DNA of 32,034 bases from Candidatus Pacearchaeota archaeon (GCA_046705325.1 JBJKQQ010000001.1:1-32034); one strand, 5' to 3'; shown: positions 10,124 to 16,940, counted from the stretch's first letter. The notes: generated by a model not told the origin, from the sequence alone. Program-made: numbers and translations.

Positions 10124-10756
10124 ATGGGAAGCGAAAAGAGGGTTTTGAACGCGGCTGATTCCGAGAATCTTGTTTCAAAATTTGTTGGCGTTCCGAAGTC
10201 GCAAACAGTTAAGAGTTTTGAGGAGATAAAGATCAAAGCTCCATTGGTTTTGAAAATTCTTTCGCCAAACGCGGTTCACAAAACAGAAGTCAATGGCGTG
10301 AAGGTCGTGATGTATCAGGATTCTGTCAAGCCGGCTTTCGATGCTTTAATGCAAGAAGTTCAGAAGCATAAACTTCAGTTAGACGGGATTTTTGTTCAGG
10401 AATTTGTTCATGGGATCGAGACTATCGCGGGGCTGAAAAAAGATCCTGTTTTCGGACACATGATCCTTTTCGGGCTTGGGGGAATTTTTACTGAAGTCAT
10501 TGCAGACACGAGCACGAGAAAATGCCCTATCTCATTGAATGATGCCGAGGAGATGATAATGGAATTGAAATCTTCGAAGATTTTTTTTGATGGCTTTCGG
10601 GGGATGAAAGTGGATTTGAACGATCTGAAGAATTCGCTGGTTAGAATTTCGAAGATTCCCCAGAGCCATAAAGATATCGAGGAACTTGACATCAATCCAT
10701 TCACTTTGACAGGCAAGGGAAGTTTCGCGGTTGATGTTCGGGCGGTGTTGAGTTAA
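10124..10756 (+). CDS. acdB: ADP-forming acetyl-CoA synthetase, beta subunit (ATP-grasp)
   Basis: ATP-grasp-type sequence (VLKILSPNAVHKTEVNGVKV ... GLGGIFTEV ... LDINPF). Length of 210 aa. Divergent from the operon that ends in acdA. Confidence 0.75.
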   Translation: MGSEKRVLNAADSENLVSKFVGVPKSQTVKSFEEIKIKAPLVLKILSPNAVHKTEVNGVKVVMYQDSVKPAFDALMQEVQKHKLQLDGIFVQEFVHGIETIAGLKKDPVFGHMILFGLGGIFTEVIADTSTRKCPISLNDAEEMIMELKSSKIFFDGFRGMKVDLNDLKNSLVRISKIPQSHKDIEELDINPFTLTGKGSFAVDVRAVLS

Positions 10757-10786
10757 GATTTTATACTCCATTAATATTGTTGATTT

Positions 10787-11227
10787 ATGGATGATATTTT
10801 GGTTTATACTTTCAGGACTTTCCCGGAGATTGAAAACTTGAAGAGATTATTCGGAAAGATTTCTGTTCTCGGCAAGATTAAAGAAGATATAAGGGATTTT
10901 TGCGACTTAATATTGAAGACTCGCCCCAAATTTGTCTTGGGCATTGCTAAATCTATAAATGGAAGATCTTGTTTTGAACCTTATGCAGTGAACCGATTCA
11001 ATAAATCCAAGAAAATCGCTGAAGGCGCCGAACAGTTGTCTCTTTTTGTTCCTGATTTACGAGAGACTGAATTTTGTGTTTCTAAAAATTTATCGACTTC
11101 GTTTTGCAATTATTCAATGTATAAAATCCAAGACTTTATGAACAGCAACAATCTGAAGACCCATTTCTCTTTTGCGCATATAAATCCGAAAGATATTGAA
11201 AGTTTATCAAAAATTTTGATTCATTAA
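10787..11227 (+). CDS. short pyroglutamyl-peptidase I (C15)-like protein
   Basis: Weak by-eye similarity to Pcp blocks: ILVYTFRTF, RPKFVLGIAKSINGRSCFEPYAVNRF (Glu), STSFCNYSMY (Cys) and FSFAHIN (His). Only 146 aa. Confidence 0.4.
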   Translation: MDDILVYTFRTFPEIENLKRLFGKISVLGKIKEDIRDFCDLILKTRPKFVLGIAKSINGRSCFEPYAVNRFNKSKKIAEGAEQLSLFVPDLRETEFCVSKNLSTSFCNYSMYKIQDFMNSNNLKTHFSFAHINPKDIESLSKILIH

Positions 11228-11229
11228 AT

Positions 11230-11769
11230 TTATTCAAGAATTGGGCATTTCTTTACAAACTTGAACCTGGACCACCATTTTCCTAAGCCAAAGTAATTTC
11301 CTGCTTTTGTCAATGCTGAAGCGATCAAAGCATATGCAAAGAACCAGTGGTAATCCATGAAAGGGTTGTCTGCCGGCAACAGAAGCGCTGCCCACATAAG
11401 GAAAAGCATTACTGTTCCGACGATTGCGCTTAACTTTAGGCCGATTCCGAGGATCATCGTAAGGCCGACGAATAAAAGTCCGAGCATGAAAATCCATGCG
11501 ACAAAATTGCTTGAAGCCATTGCGTGGAAAATTCCTGCGAACGGGCCTTGCACCGCGTGCGCCAAAAATCCTGCTGTGGGCGACCCGCCATAAATCCAGG
11601 CGTTTGCTTTAGCTGTATTGAATCCCAGTCCGAACAGCTTGTCAAAGAATCCCCACAAGAATATAAATCCGATAGAAACTCTTAGAACTGTCCAAAAGTA
11701 TTTCCACCTCGGAGAATTTTCCTTTTGAGAAGTCTTCCTTTTTGTCGCTCTCTTTTTTCTTGCAGGCAT
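11230..11769 (-). CDS. DoxX/DoxD-like membrane protein
   Basis: Basic N-terminus then four hydrophobic helices, with RVSIGFIFLWGFFDKL and a DoxX-like pattern (TAGFL ... LGLLFVGLTMILG). Confidence 0.6.
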   Translation of the reverse strand: MPARKKRATKRKTSQKENSPRWKYFWTVLRVSIGFIFLWGFFDKLFGLGFNTAKANAWIYGGSPTAGFLAHAVQGPFAGIFHAMASSNFVAWIFMLGLLFVGLTMILGIGLKLSAIVGTVMLFLMWAALLLPADNPFMDYHWFFAYALIASALTKAGNYFGLGKWWSRFKFVKKCPILE

Positions 11770-11849
11770 TTTACCAAATTAAAAGTTTTGAGGTTTATTT
11801 AAATGTTTAGGGATTTCTTATTACAAGGTAGTTCTTTTCTTGTTTTCAA

Positions 11850-11995
11850 AAATCGTCGTGTGATTTTCATTCCCGCCCAACTCGCGACCCCGCACGCGAA
11901 TTTATTTTCAATTTTGCCGCTACCACGAAATCGCTCGCCCCCCCAATTCCAAAACGATTTTTTTAGAAAACTGATAATAGAATCCGTGGGAGATA
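11850..11995 (+). repeat. C-rich structured intergenic element, copy B (candidate sRNA)
   Basis: Hairpins AAAATC/GATTTT and TCGCG-accccgca-CGCGA. Helix AAATCG(11928-11933)/CGATTT(11955-11960) encloses a C-rich loop CTCGCCCCCCCAATTCC and is followed by T7. The tail CTGATAATAGAATCCGTGG is homologous to copy A. A TATA-like TTTATTTAAA lies at 11794-11803. Confidence 0.5.
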
Positions 11996-12036
11996 TGAGG
12001 ATTTACCAGTGTTCTTAAAAAGGGGCGATATCGCAA

Positions 12037-13065
12037 TCATAAGCTCATCATCTGTTTTCTTTGAACATAGTTTTTCATGATCCTCGGGATTCGGCCGGTG
12101 AGGACGAAATTGCCTTTGCTGAAAATTCCTTTCCGCGGGCCGAGGCTGATGAGCATGCCTTCGCTTTTGAATTTGTATTCTTTCAGCGGTTTTTGCTTTT
12201 CAAGCCTGCGAAGATTTTCTATGATTGTTTCTGCGTGTTCAACCGCGCTTTGCGCGGTTTTTTCTTCCTTGATTGCCGTGACGTCGCCGGCGACAAAGAT
12301 ATTATTATGGTTTTGCATCTGGAGGAAGTTGTTCACAAGAAGGTGTCCGCGCTTGTCGAGAACTTTCGGAAAACTTGATTTCATGAATTCCGAATTTGGA
12401 ACAATGCCGACGCAAAGAAATGCCATGTCCGGCTGGATTTTTGTTCCTTTGTTCGTTTCGTAAATTCCTTTCCTTTCGCCTTTGACAAGTTCATTGAAGA
12501 TTATTTTCACGCCTCGTTTTTCGAAGAAGCGCTGCGCGTAACGGCTGACTTTTTGCGGCTGCCTTTCCAGCAATCTGTCCATGGCGTGAATTATTGTCAG
12601 TTCTTTTTCAGGATATTTTACTGCGATTTCCCCTGCGAGTTCGACGCCGCTGAAGCCGCCACCTATGATAAGGATTTTTTTTGCAGAGCAAAGAGAATTG
12701 CAGTGTTCCCTTAATTCGTCCGCACGTTTTGTCAAAACGGCGTCGTGGCCTTCGAAAGGGAAACTATAACTGGATCCCGAAGCTATGACAAGGTAATCAA
12801 AAGGAATTTTTTTGTTGTTAACGGAAACTTTTTTGTCGGAGATTTTTTTGACTTTTCCAACGACGACCTGCGCTTTTTTCAGATAGCTTGTATGCAAAAC
12901 GCGAATGTCTTTCATGCACTCTGGATCGACAATTGCTTCCAAAATGCTGGGCGTGTATTCAAAATAATCTTTGTTGTCTATGAGCGTGACGTCGAATTCG
13001 TTTTCGAGGGTTTTCGCGATCTTGCTGCCGGCGAAGCCGCCGCCGATTATCACCAGCTTTTTCAT
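12037..13065 (-). CDS. type II NADH dehydrogenase-like FAD-dependent pyridine nucleotide-disulfide oxidoreductase
   Basis: N-terminal KKLVIIGGGFAGSKIA, second dinucleotide fold ILIIGGGFSGVELAGE, and a late FVAGDV motif. Length of 342 aa. Confidence 0.7.
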   Translation of the reverse strand: MKKLVIIGGGFAGSKIAKTLENEFDVTLIDNKDYFEYTPSILEAIVDPECMKDIRVLHTSYLKKAQVVVGKVKKISDKKVSVNNKKIPFDYLVIASGSSYSFPFEGHDAVLTKRADELREHCNSLCSAKKILIIGGGFSGVELAGEIAVKYPEKELTIIHAMDRLLERQPQKVSRYAQRFFEKRGVKIIFNELVKGERKGIYETNKGTKIQPDMAFLCVGIVPNSEFMKSSFPKVLDKRGHLLVNNFLQMQNHNNIFVAGDVTAIKEEKTAQSAVEHAETIIENLRRLEKQKPLKEYKFKSEGMLISLGPRKGIFSKGNFVLTGRIPRIMKNYVQRKQMMSL

Positions 13066-13124
13066 CCTCGATAAAAAACAGAAACCTATATAAAATTTAC
13101 GGGCAACTTACTTATATTGTTAGG

Positions 13125-14543
13125 ATGGCAGGAGAAAACAAAAGAGGGTTTTTTAGAAGCGCGAGAAAATTCCTTCACGACAACATCTACATAAACAAAG
13201 TTCCGTCTTACGGAAATACTATTTTCTATTCTTTCGGTTTTATCCTTATGACTTGTTTTTTGCTTTTGGCTGTCACAGGCGTGTTGATGGTTTTTTTCAG
13301 CAAGCCATGGTGGCTGACGAGCTTGTTCGGAATTTATGTTCGAAGCGTCCACATGTGGGCTGCGCAGGCGTTCATGCTGTTTTTGGTTTTGCATTTGTTC
13401 GTGACTTTTTCTACTTCTGCATTCAGAAAGAAGAAACTGCCATGGGTTATCGGAAGCATCATGCTTTTCCTAATTGCAATCCAAACAGAATTGGGCTATA
13501 CTTTGAGGGGCGATTTCTCGTCGCAATGGCGCGCTTTGCAGGGCGCGGATTTCTGGAACGGGATTCACTTAGGATCTTTTTTCAACATGCTTGATTACAA
13601 ACAGGTCTTTGGGGTTCATATTTTATTGATTCCCCTTTTGCTTTTGCTGCTTGTAGGATTGCATTATGGGATAGTCCGGCATCGGGGAATTTCAAAACCT
13701 TACAGAAAAGATATAAAATTCAAGATGGTGGAAGCTAACCATAAAACTCTTTACCTTCGGGCTTCGATTGTTGTCGCGGCGATCCTTGTTCTCGCATTTT
13801 TCATCCAGTCGCCTTTCCTTCCTGCGGTTACGGCGCAGCAGGTTTCACAACAGCAGCCTTCGGTTTTTGCTCAGACGCTGATAGCGGAATTCAATCATAC
13901 TTCGGACACCGCAACTTATCTGGATTCGATAGACCCTTACCGTTTCGACACGCGCGAAGTTTATGTCGTTCAGCCTTATGCAAGTTATCTTTCGGTTAAT
14001 CCGGGGAAAAATGAATTGACCGCGCTTGATTCGGAATCCTCCGCAGTTCAGATGAAAACTCTCAATGAGGCGGATAATTATTTTGCGAATAACGGTTCGC
14101 CGGATGTTTCGAATTCGAACCCTTTGGTTTCTGTTGCAAGTTCGCTCACAATAATGGCGCAGAGCGGGCTTTACGATTCGCAGCTGAAAAACGATTTGCA
14201 GGGGGACAATCCCACTTATATCTATAGATTTTTGTCGGACACAGGTTATCTGGATGAAAAAGCAGGGAATCTTGGCTTGAGCCTTGAAAATTACGGGATG
14301 ATAAAAGATGAGAAAGGCGCGGGAATCCTGCCGCCGAATTCGTGGTGGATGGCGCCTTACAATCTTCTTGACAATACTCTCCTGAAAAACGATCCAAATG
14401 CTGACAGTGATGGAGGCATGATTTTGGGATTAGTCATTCTGCTGCTCGCAACGCTGCCGTGGTTGCCTTATGTTAATAGAATTCCCGACAAACTTCGGTT
14501 TTACAAGATTTTCTGGAGAATGAAAGACAGAAAAAGAGCCTGA
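13125..14543 (+). CDS. di-haem cytochrome b (b6-type His spacing) with a long insertion and C-terminal TM
   Basis: Helix B carries RSVH(76)MWAAQAFMLFLVLH(90), with the two His 14 residues apart. Helix D carries GVH(165)ILLIPLLLLLLVGLH(180)YGIVRHRG, with the two His 15 residues apart as in b6 and Firmicute cytochrome b. A degenerate PEWY-like PPNSWWMAPYNLL lies before the last TM. Confidence 0.75.
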   Translation: MAGENKRGFFRSARKFLHDNIYINKVPSYGNTIFYSFGFILMTCFLLLAVTGVLMVFFSKPWWLTSLFGIYVRSVHMWAAQAFMLFLVLHLFVTFSTSAFRKKKLPWVIGSIMLFLIAIQTELGYTLRGDFSSQWRALQGADFWNGIHLGSFFNMLDYKQVFGVHILLIPLLLLLLVGLHYGIVRHRGISKPYRKDIKFKMVEANHKTLYLRASIVVAAILVLAFFIQSPFLPAVTAQQVSQQQPSVFAQTLIAEFNHTSDTATYLDSIDPYRFDTREVYVVQPYASYLSVNPGKNELTALDSESSAVQMKTLNEADNYFANNGSPDVSNSNPLVSVASSLTIMAQSGLYDSQLKNDLQGDNPTYIYRFLSDTGYLDEKAGNLGLSLENYGMIKDEKGAGILPPNSWWMAPYNLLDNTLLKNDPNADSDGGMILGLVILLLATLPWLPYVNRIPDKLRFYKIFWRMKDRKRA

Positions 14544-14612
14544 AATTGAATTAGTCCCTCTGGGGTTAACCAAAGTTTTTTAAACGGCTATTCGTAGTAG
14601 TAAGAATTCAAA

Positions 14613-14924
14613 ATGGAATTTTGCCCTAAGTGCGGAGCGATGCTTGTTCAGAAGAAGAAAAATCTTGGATGCCCAAGGTGCGGATATTCGAGCAAGACGA
14701 AAGCCGAGAAGATGACGATTTCTGAAACCATGAAAAAGCACGAAGCTGTTGGCGTGGTTGCGGACAAGGGCGAGCAGATGCTTCCGGTGGTTTCTGCAAC
14801 CTGCAAGAAGTGCGGAAATGACAAGGCATATTTTTGGACGATCCAGACGCGGTCGGGCGATGAAGCGGAAACGAAGTTCTTCAAATGCACGAAGTGCAAT
14901 GCGACGTGGAGAGAATATAGATAA
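14613..14924 (+). CDS. tfs: transcription factor S (TFS / RNA polymerase subunit M family)
   Basis: N-terminal Zn ribbon CPKCG...CPRCG. C-terminal TFIIS ribbon CKKCGNDKAYFWTIQTRSGDEAETKFFKCTKCNATWREY with the acidic DE hairpin. Confidence 0.9.
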   Translation: MEFCPKCGAMLVQKKKNLGCPRCGYSSKTKAEKMTISETMKKHEAVGVVADKGEQMLPVVSATCKKCGNDKAYFWTIQTRSGDEAETKFFKCTKCNATWREYR

Positions 14925-15120
14925 CAAATCAAAATGGCAGACAATTTAGTTGAAAAAACAAAATCCGAACTACTCGTAGAAGCTACTCTTGAGGCTCAGC
15001 AAAATATGTATCAATTTAATTTGCATCGCAGTATTGTCGAGCGGGAGATTCGCGGAGCCTATGATAAAGTCTATGGAGCCTCTAAAACAGATTAATCTCC
15101 TCGGTTAAATTTATAACTTC

Positions 15121-15215
15121 TTAGCCTTCGTCTCAAAAATCGCTTTTGCGATACTCTTGCCCTCCCGCCCACCCTAATTCCAAAAGCGATTTTTTTATAT
15201 TGATAATATATCTTG
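15121..15215 (+). repeat. C-rich structured intergenic element, copy C (possibly also the tfs terminator)
   Basis: Helix AAAATCGC(15136-15143)/GCGATTTT(15186-15193) encloses the C-box GCCCTCCCGCCCACCC (15159-15174) and is followed by T7. The segment AATTCCAAAAGCGATTTTTTTATATTGATAAT is homologous to copy B. Confidence 0.45.
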
Positions 15216-15335
15216 AGGTTTTTCGAAGAAAAGATTGAGATCACTTCTTTTTCAGAGCAATATTAAATTGAACTTCATAAACTCTTTTTAGAAATAATTC
15301 ATTAAATTTATAATTCCTTTTTTGATTGTTATTTC

Positions 15336-15926
15336 ATGGTGATGTTTTCTGACTTCTTGAGTTTGCTGGCTTTTGTGCAGGCGCAGGGTTATTGGATCAT
15401 TTTCGTCTTGATTCTCGCGTTGGGGCCTGTCGCGGTGTCGGCTGCCGCTTTTGCGTCTTCGTTCGGAATTTTTAACATTTTCATTGTCTTCATTCTTGCA
15501 TTCGTTGGAACTTCGCTAGGAGATTTTTTTTGGTATTCTATCGGCGAGTTTGGAAGGGTCTCGTTTATCGACAGGTATTTCAAAAGGCTGATGAAGAATA
15601 AAACTCTTGTGAAAATTGAGAAATTGCTTGAGAAAAATTCCTTCAAGGCGATTCTTTTGATAAAACTGGTTCCTCCTTTGCCTGTGCCCGGCTTGATTTT
15701 TGCAGGGATGGACAAGTTGAGGTTGAGGAAGTTTCTTTTTGCTTCGCTGGCGATAAACTTTATTTCAAGCATAGTGTTTGTTTTACTTGGATATTATTTC
15801 GGGGTTGTAATCGGCAAGCTGCTTTTCAGCCCGTTGGAAATTTCGCTTGGGTTTCTTACAATTTTTTCTTTGATGTTTGTTTATCGCAGAAGATATTCCT
15901 TTAGGTTTTATCGAAAGAAGAATTAG
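15336..15926 (+). CDS. DedA / SNARE-associated (VTT domain) membrane protein
   Basis: Multi-TM protein with a DedA-like core (GTSLGDFFWYSIGEFG ... LIKLVPPLPVPG). Ends in TAG. Confidence 0.55.
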   Translation: MVMFSDFLSLLAFVQAQGYWIIFVLILALGPVAVSAAAFASSFGIFNIFIVFILAFVGTSLGDFFWYSIGEFGRVSFIDRYFKRLMKNKTLVKIEKLLEKNSFKAILLIKLVPPLPVPGLIFAGMDKLRLRKFLFASLAINFISSIVFVLLGYYFGVVIGKLLFSPLEISLGFLTIFSLMFVYRRRYSFRFYRKKN

Positions 15927-15970
15927 TCCTGAATACAAATTTTTAAAAAAGAAGTTTTCCCTTTTCTTGA

Positions 15971-16207
15971 ATGGATGAGAATGAAAGCAGGAGATTTTTG
16001 TGCGAGGTTCACATAGATGATTTTCTTTGCGCAAGGGCTAAAACAGGTTATGAAAATAAGAAAGATACTTTTTATCACGGAAAGGTTATTCAAATAAATC
16101 CCGGCAATGTGATTATACGCGCTCATGGAAGCGGGTTATCGAGGCAGGTGGTTAATCTTCTTGAAGTAAATGAATATGCGCTCAAGGCACACAAGTATTC
16201 TTTTTAA
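15971..16207 (+). CDS. hypothetical protein
   Basis: 78-aa ORF with no recognisable motif. Convergent with the next gene. Confidence 0.35.
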   Translation: MDENESRRFLCEVHIDDFLCARAKTGYENKKDTFYHGKVIQINPGNVIIRAHGSGLSRQVVNLLEVNEYALKAHKYSF

Positions 16208-16208
16208 T

Positions 16209-16448
16209 TCAATTAGCTTTTTTCTCGAGCCTTTCGGTGTAGCCGCACTTGCCGCATCGCAACATGACGAGTTCGTTTTCGTCGGAGTATTGCGCGCCGA
16301 GGTTTATAATTTCAGCTTTGCCGTAGCCGCACTTTTTGCATTTGTGCTTGTAGGTCGCGAAAACGTCGCCGCCTTTGGCAATTCCTTTTCCCCTCGCCGC
16401 TTCGTGGATGATTTTCTCGTCTTCGATCAACTTCTTTTTTGCTGGCAT
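16209..16448 (-). CDS. stand-alone TFIIS-type C4 zinc-ribbon protein (TFS C-domain paralog)
   Basis: CKKCGYGKAEIINLGAQYSDENELVMLRCGKCGYTE has the same 24-residue spacing between its CxxC pairs as the TFS C-ribbon at 14613..14924, and retains an SDE loop. The N-terminus is a short basic tail instead of the first ribbon. Confidence 0.55.
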   Translation of the reverse strand: MPAKKKLIEDEKIIHEAARGKGIAKGGDVFATYKHKCKKCGYGKAEIINLGAQYSDENELVMLRCGKCGYTERLEKKAN

Positions 16449-16474
16449 TTTTGTTAATTTCCTAAATCATAAGG

Positions 16475-16482
16475 TATTTAAA
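16475..16482 (+). promoter_or_regulatory. TATA box TATTTAAA upstream of the tRNA-like repeat array
   Basis: Lies 32 nt upstream of the first GGCTCCATAGC copy (16507). A/T-rich boxes also lie 37-39 nt upstream of copies 2 and 3 (16564-16571 and 16670-16677). Confidence 0.4.
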
Positions 16483-16506
16483 GAATTTTCCCAAGTTTTT
16501 AGATAT

Positions 16507-16585
16507 GGCTCCATAGCTTAGTGGGTTTCTTTTTAGAAAAAAGAAACTACAGTGTTAGAAAAGCTAAAATACCTTCGCTATGGAG
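16507..16585 (+). other. tRNA-5'-end repeat unit 1 (truncated tRNA-like stem-loop)
   Basis: GGCTCCATAGCTTAGTGGG matches the tRNA-Lys 5' end, then diverges. Contains a perfect 10-bp hairpin at 16525-16547. GCTATGGAG (16577-16585) is the exact reverse complement of CTCCATAGC (16509-16517). No anticodon arm or T arm. Confidence 0.5.
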
Positions 16586-16602
16586 AATCAATCAAAATAA
16601 AC

Positions 16603-16688
16603 GGCTCCATAGCTCAGCGAGACAACCTACGGTTTTCTTCGCGTAACTTTCCCTTAAATTTTTAAACTGTAATTTATTCGCTACGGAG
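16603..16688 (+). other. tRNA-5'-end repeat unit 2 (truncated tRNA-like stem-loop)
   Basis: GGCTCCATAGCTCAG is identical to the tRNA-Lys 5' end, then diverges. GCTACGGAG (16680-16688) complements CTCCATAGC (16605-16613) with one A.C mismatch. Confidence 0.5.
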
Positions 16689-16706
16689 TGTTAATTTAAC
16701 AAAGAT

Positions 16707-16792
16707 GGCTCCATAGCTCAGCCTGGTCAGAGCACTGGACTCTTAAATCAGGAGTTATCCAGGTGTCGGGGGTTCAAATCCCTCTGGGGCCA
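16707..16792 (+). tRNA. tRNA-Lys(CUU) with an 11-nt intron at the canonical 37/38 position
   Basis: Acceptor stem GGCTCCA/TGGGGCC, D arm GCTC-AGCCTGGTCA-GAGC, anticodon stem CTGGA/TCCAG. The 18 nt between the anticodon stem strands resolve to loop CTCTTAA plus the insert AATCAGGAGTT, whose GGAG pairs with loop CUCU. T arm GGGGG-TTCAAAT-CCCTC, discriminator A, no encoded CCA. Confidence 0.85.
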
Positions 16793-16807
16793 TTTAACTT
16801 AATATTT

Positions 16808-16940
16808 GCGCCCGCACACTAAGGTAAATTCACTTCGTGAATTTTGGCATCGACGCTCGCGGATTATTTTAACTTCGAAATCGCCTTCGGCAGATTTCTC
16901 CGTTTTCTAAAATTAACGGCATAAACTCCCGGATAGGCGC
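16808..16940 (+). ncRNA. GC-rich structured element D (candidate ncRNA or repeat, related to 30675-30848)
   Basis: Ends pair as GCGCC(16808-16812)/GGCGC(16936-16940). Hairpin AAATTCAC-ttc-GTGAATTT lies at 16826-16844. Hairpin GAAATCGCC-ttc-GGC(A)GATTTC lies at 16877-16898. CCGTT...AACGG forms another stem. Shares CACTTCGT and AAATCGCCTTCGGC with the element at 30.7 kb. Confidence 0.45.

Noticed and set aside
221-14949. Many ORF-track entries lying antisense to, or out of frame within, confidently assigned genes. Examples: 221..445, 435..785, 1240..1449, 1490..1777, 4753..4995, 5064..5543, 6829..7374, 7601..7924, 9039..9288, 11234..11645, 12061..12463, 12745..13074, 13086..13394, 13253..13594, 14146..14397, 14580..14949.
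   Set aside because: They overlap genes with strong family motifs, have skewed low-complexity composition, and lack independent start or promoter context. They are shadow ORFs.
15071-15080. CTATGGAGCC, the exact reverse complement of the tRNA-Lys 5' end GGCTCCATAG, 1.4 kb upstream of the tRNA array.
   Set aside because: A single 10-nt match with no extended similarity lies within chance expectation for a 32-kb window searched on both strands. It falls inside a possible small ORF.
14934-15095. 53-codon ORF directly after tfs (MADNLVEKTKSELLVEATLEAQQNMYQF...).
   Set aside because: It has an open frame with an ATG 10 nt after the tfs stop. There is no SD, no recognisable motif, and it is below the length cutoff. 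Evidence is insufficient to annotate it.
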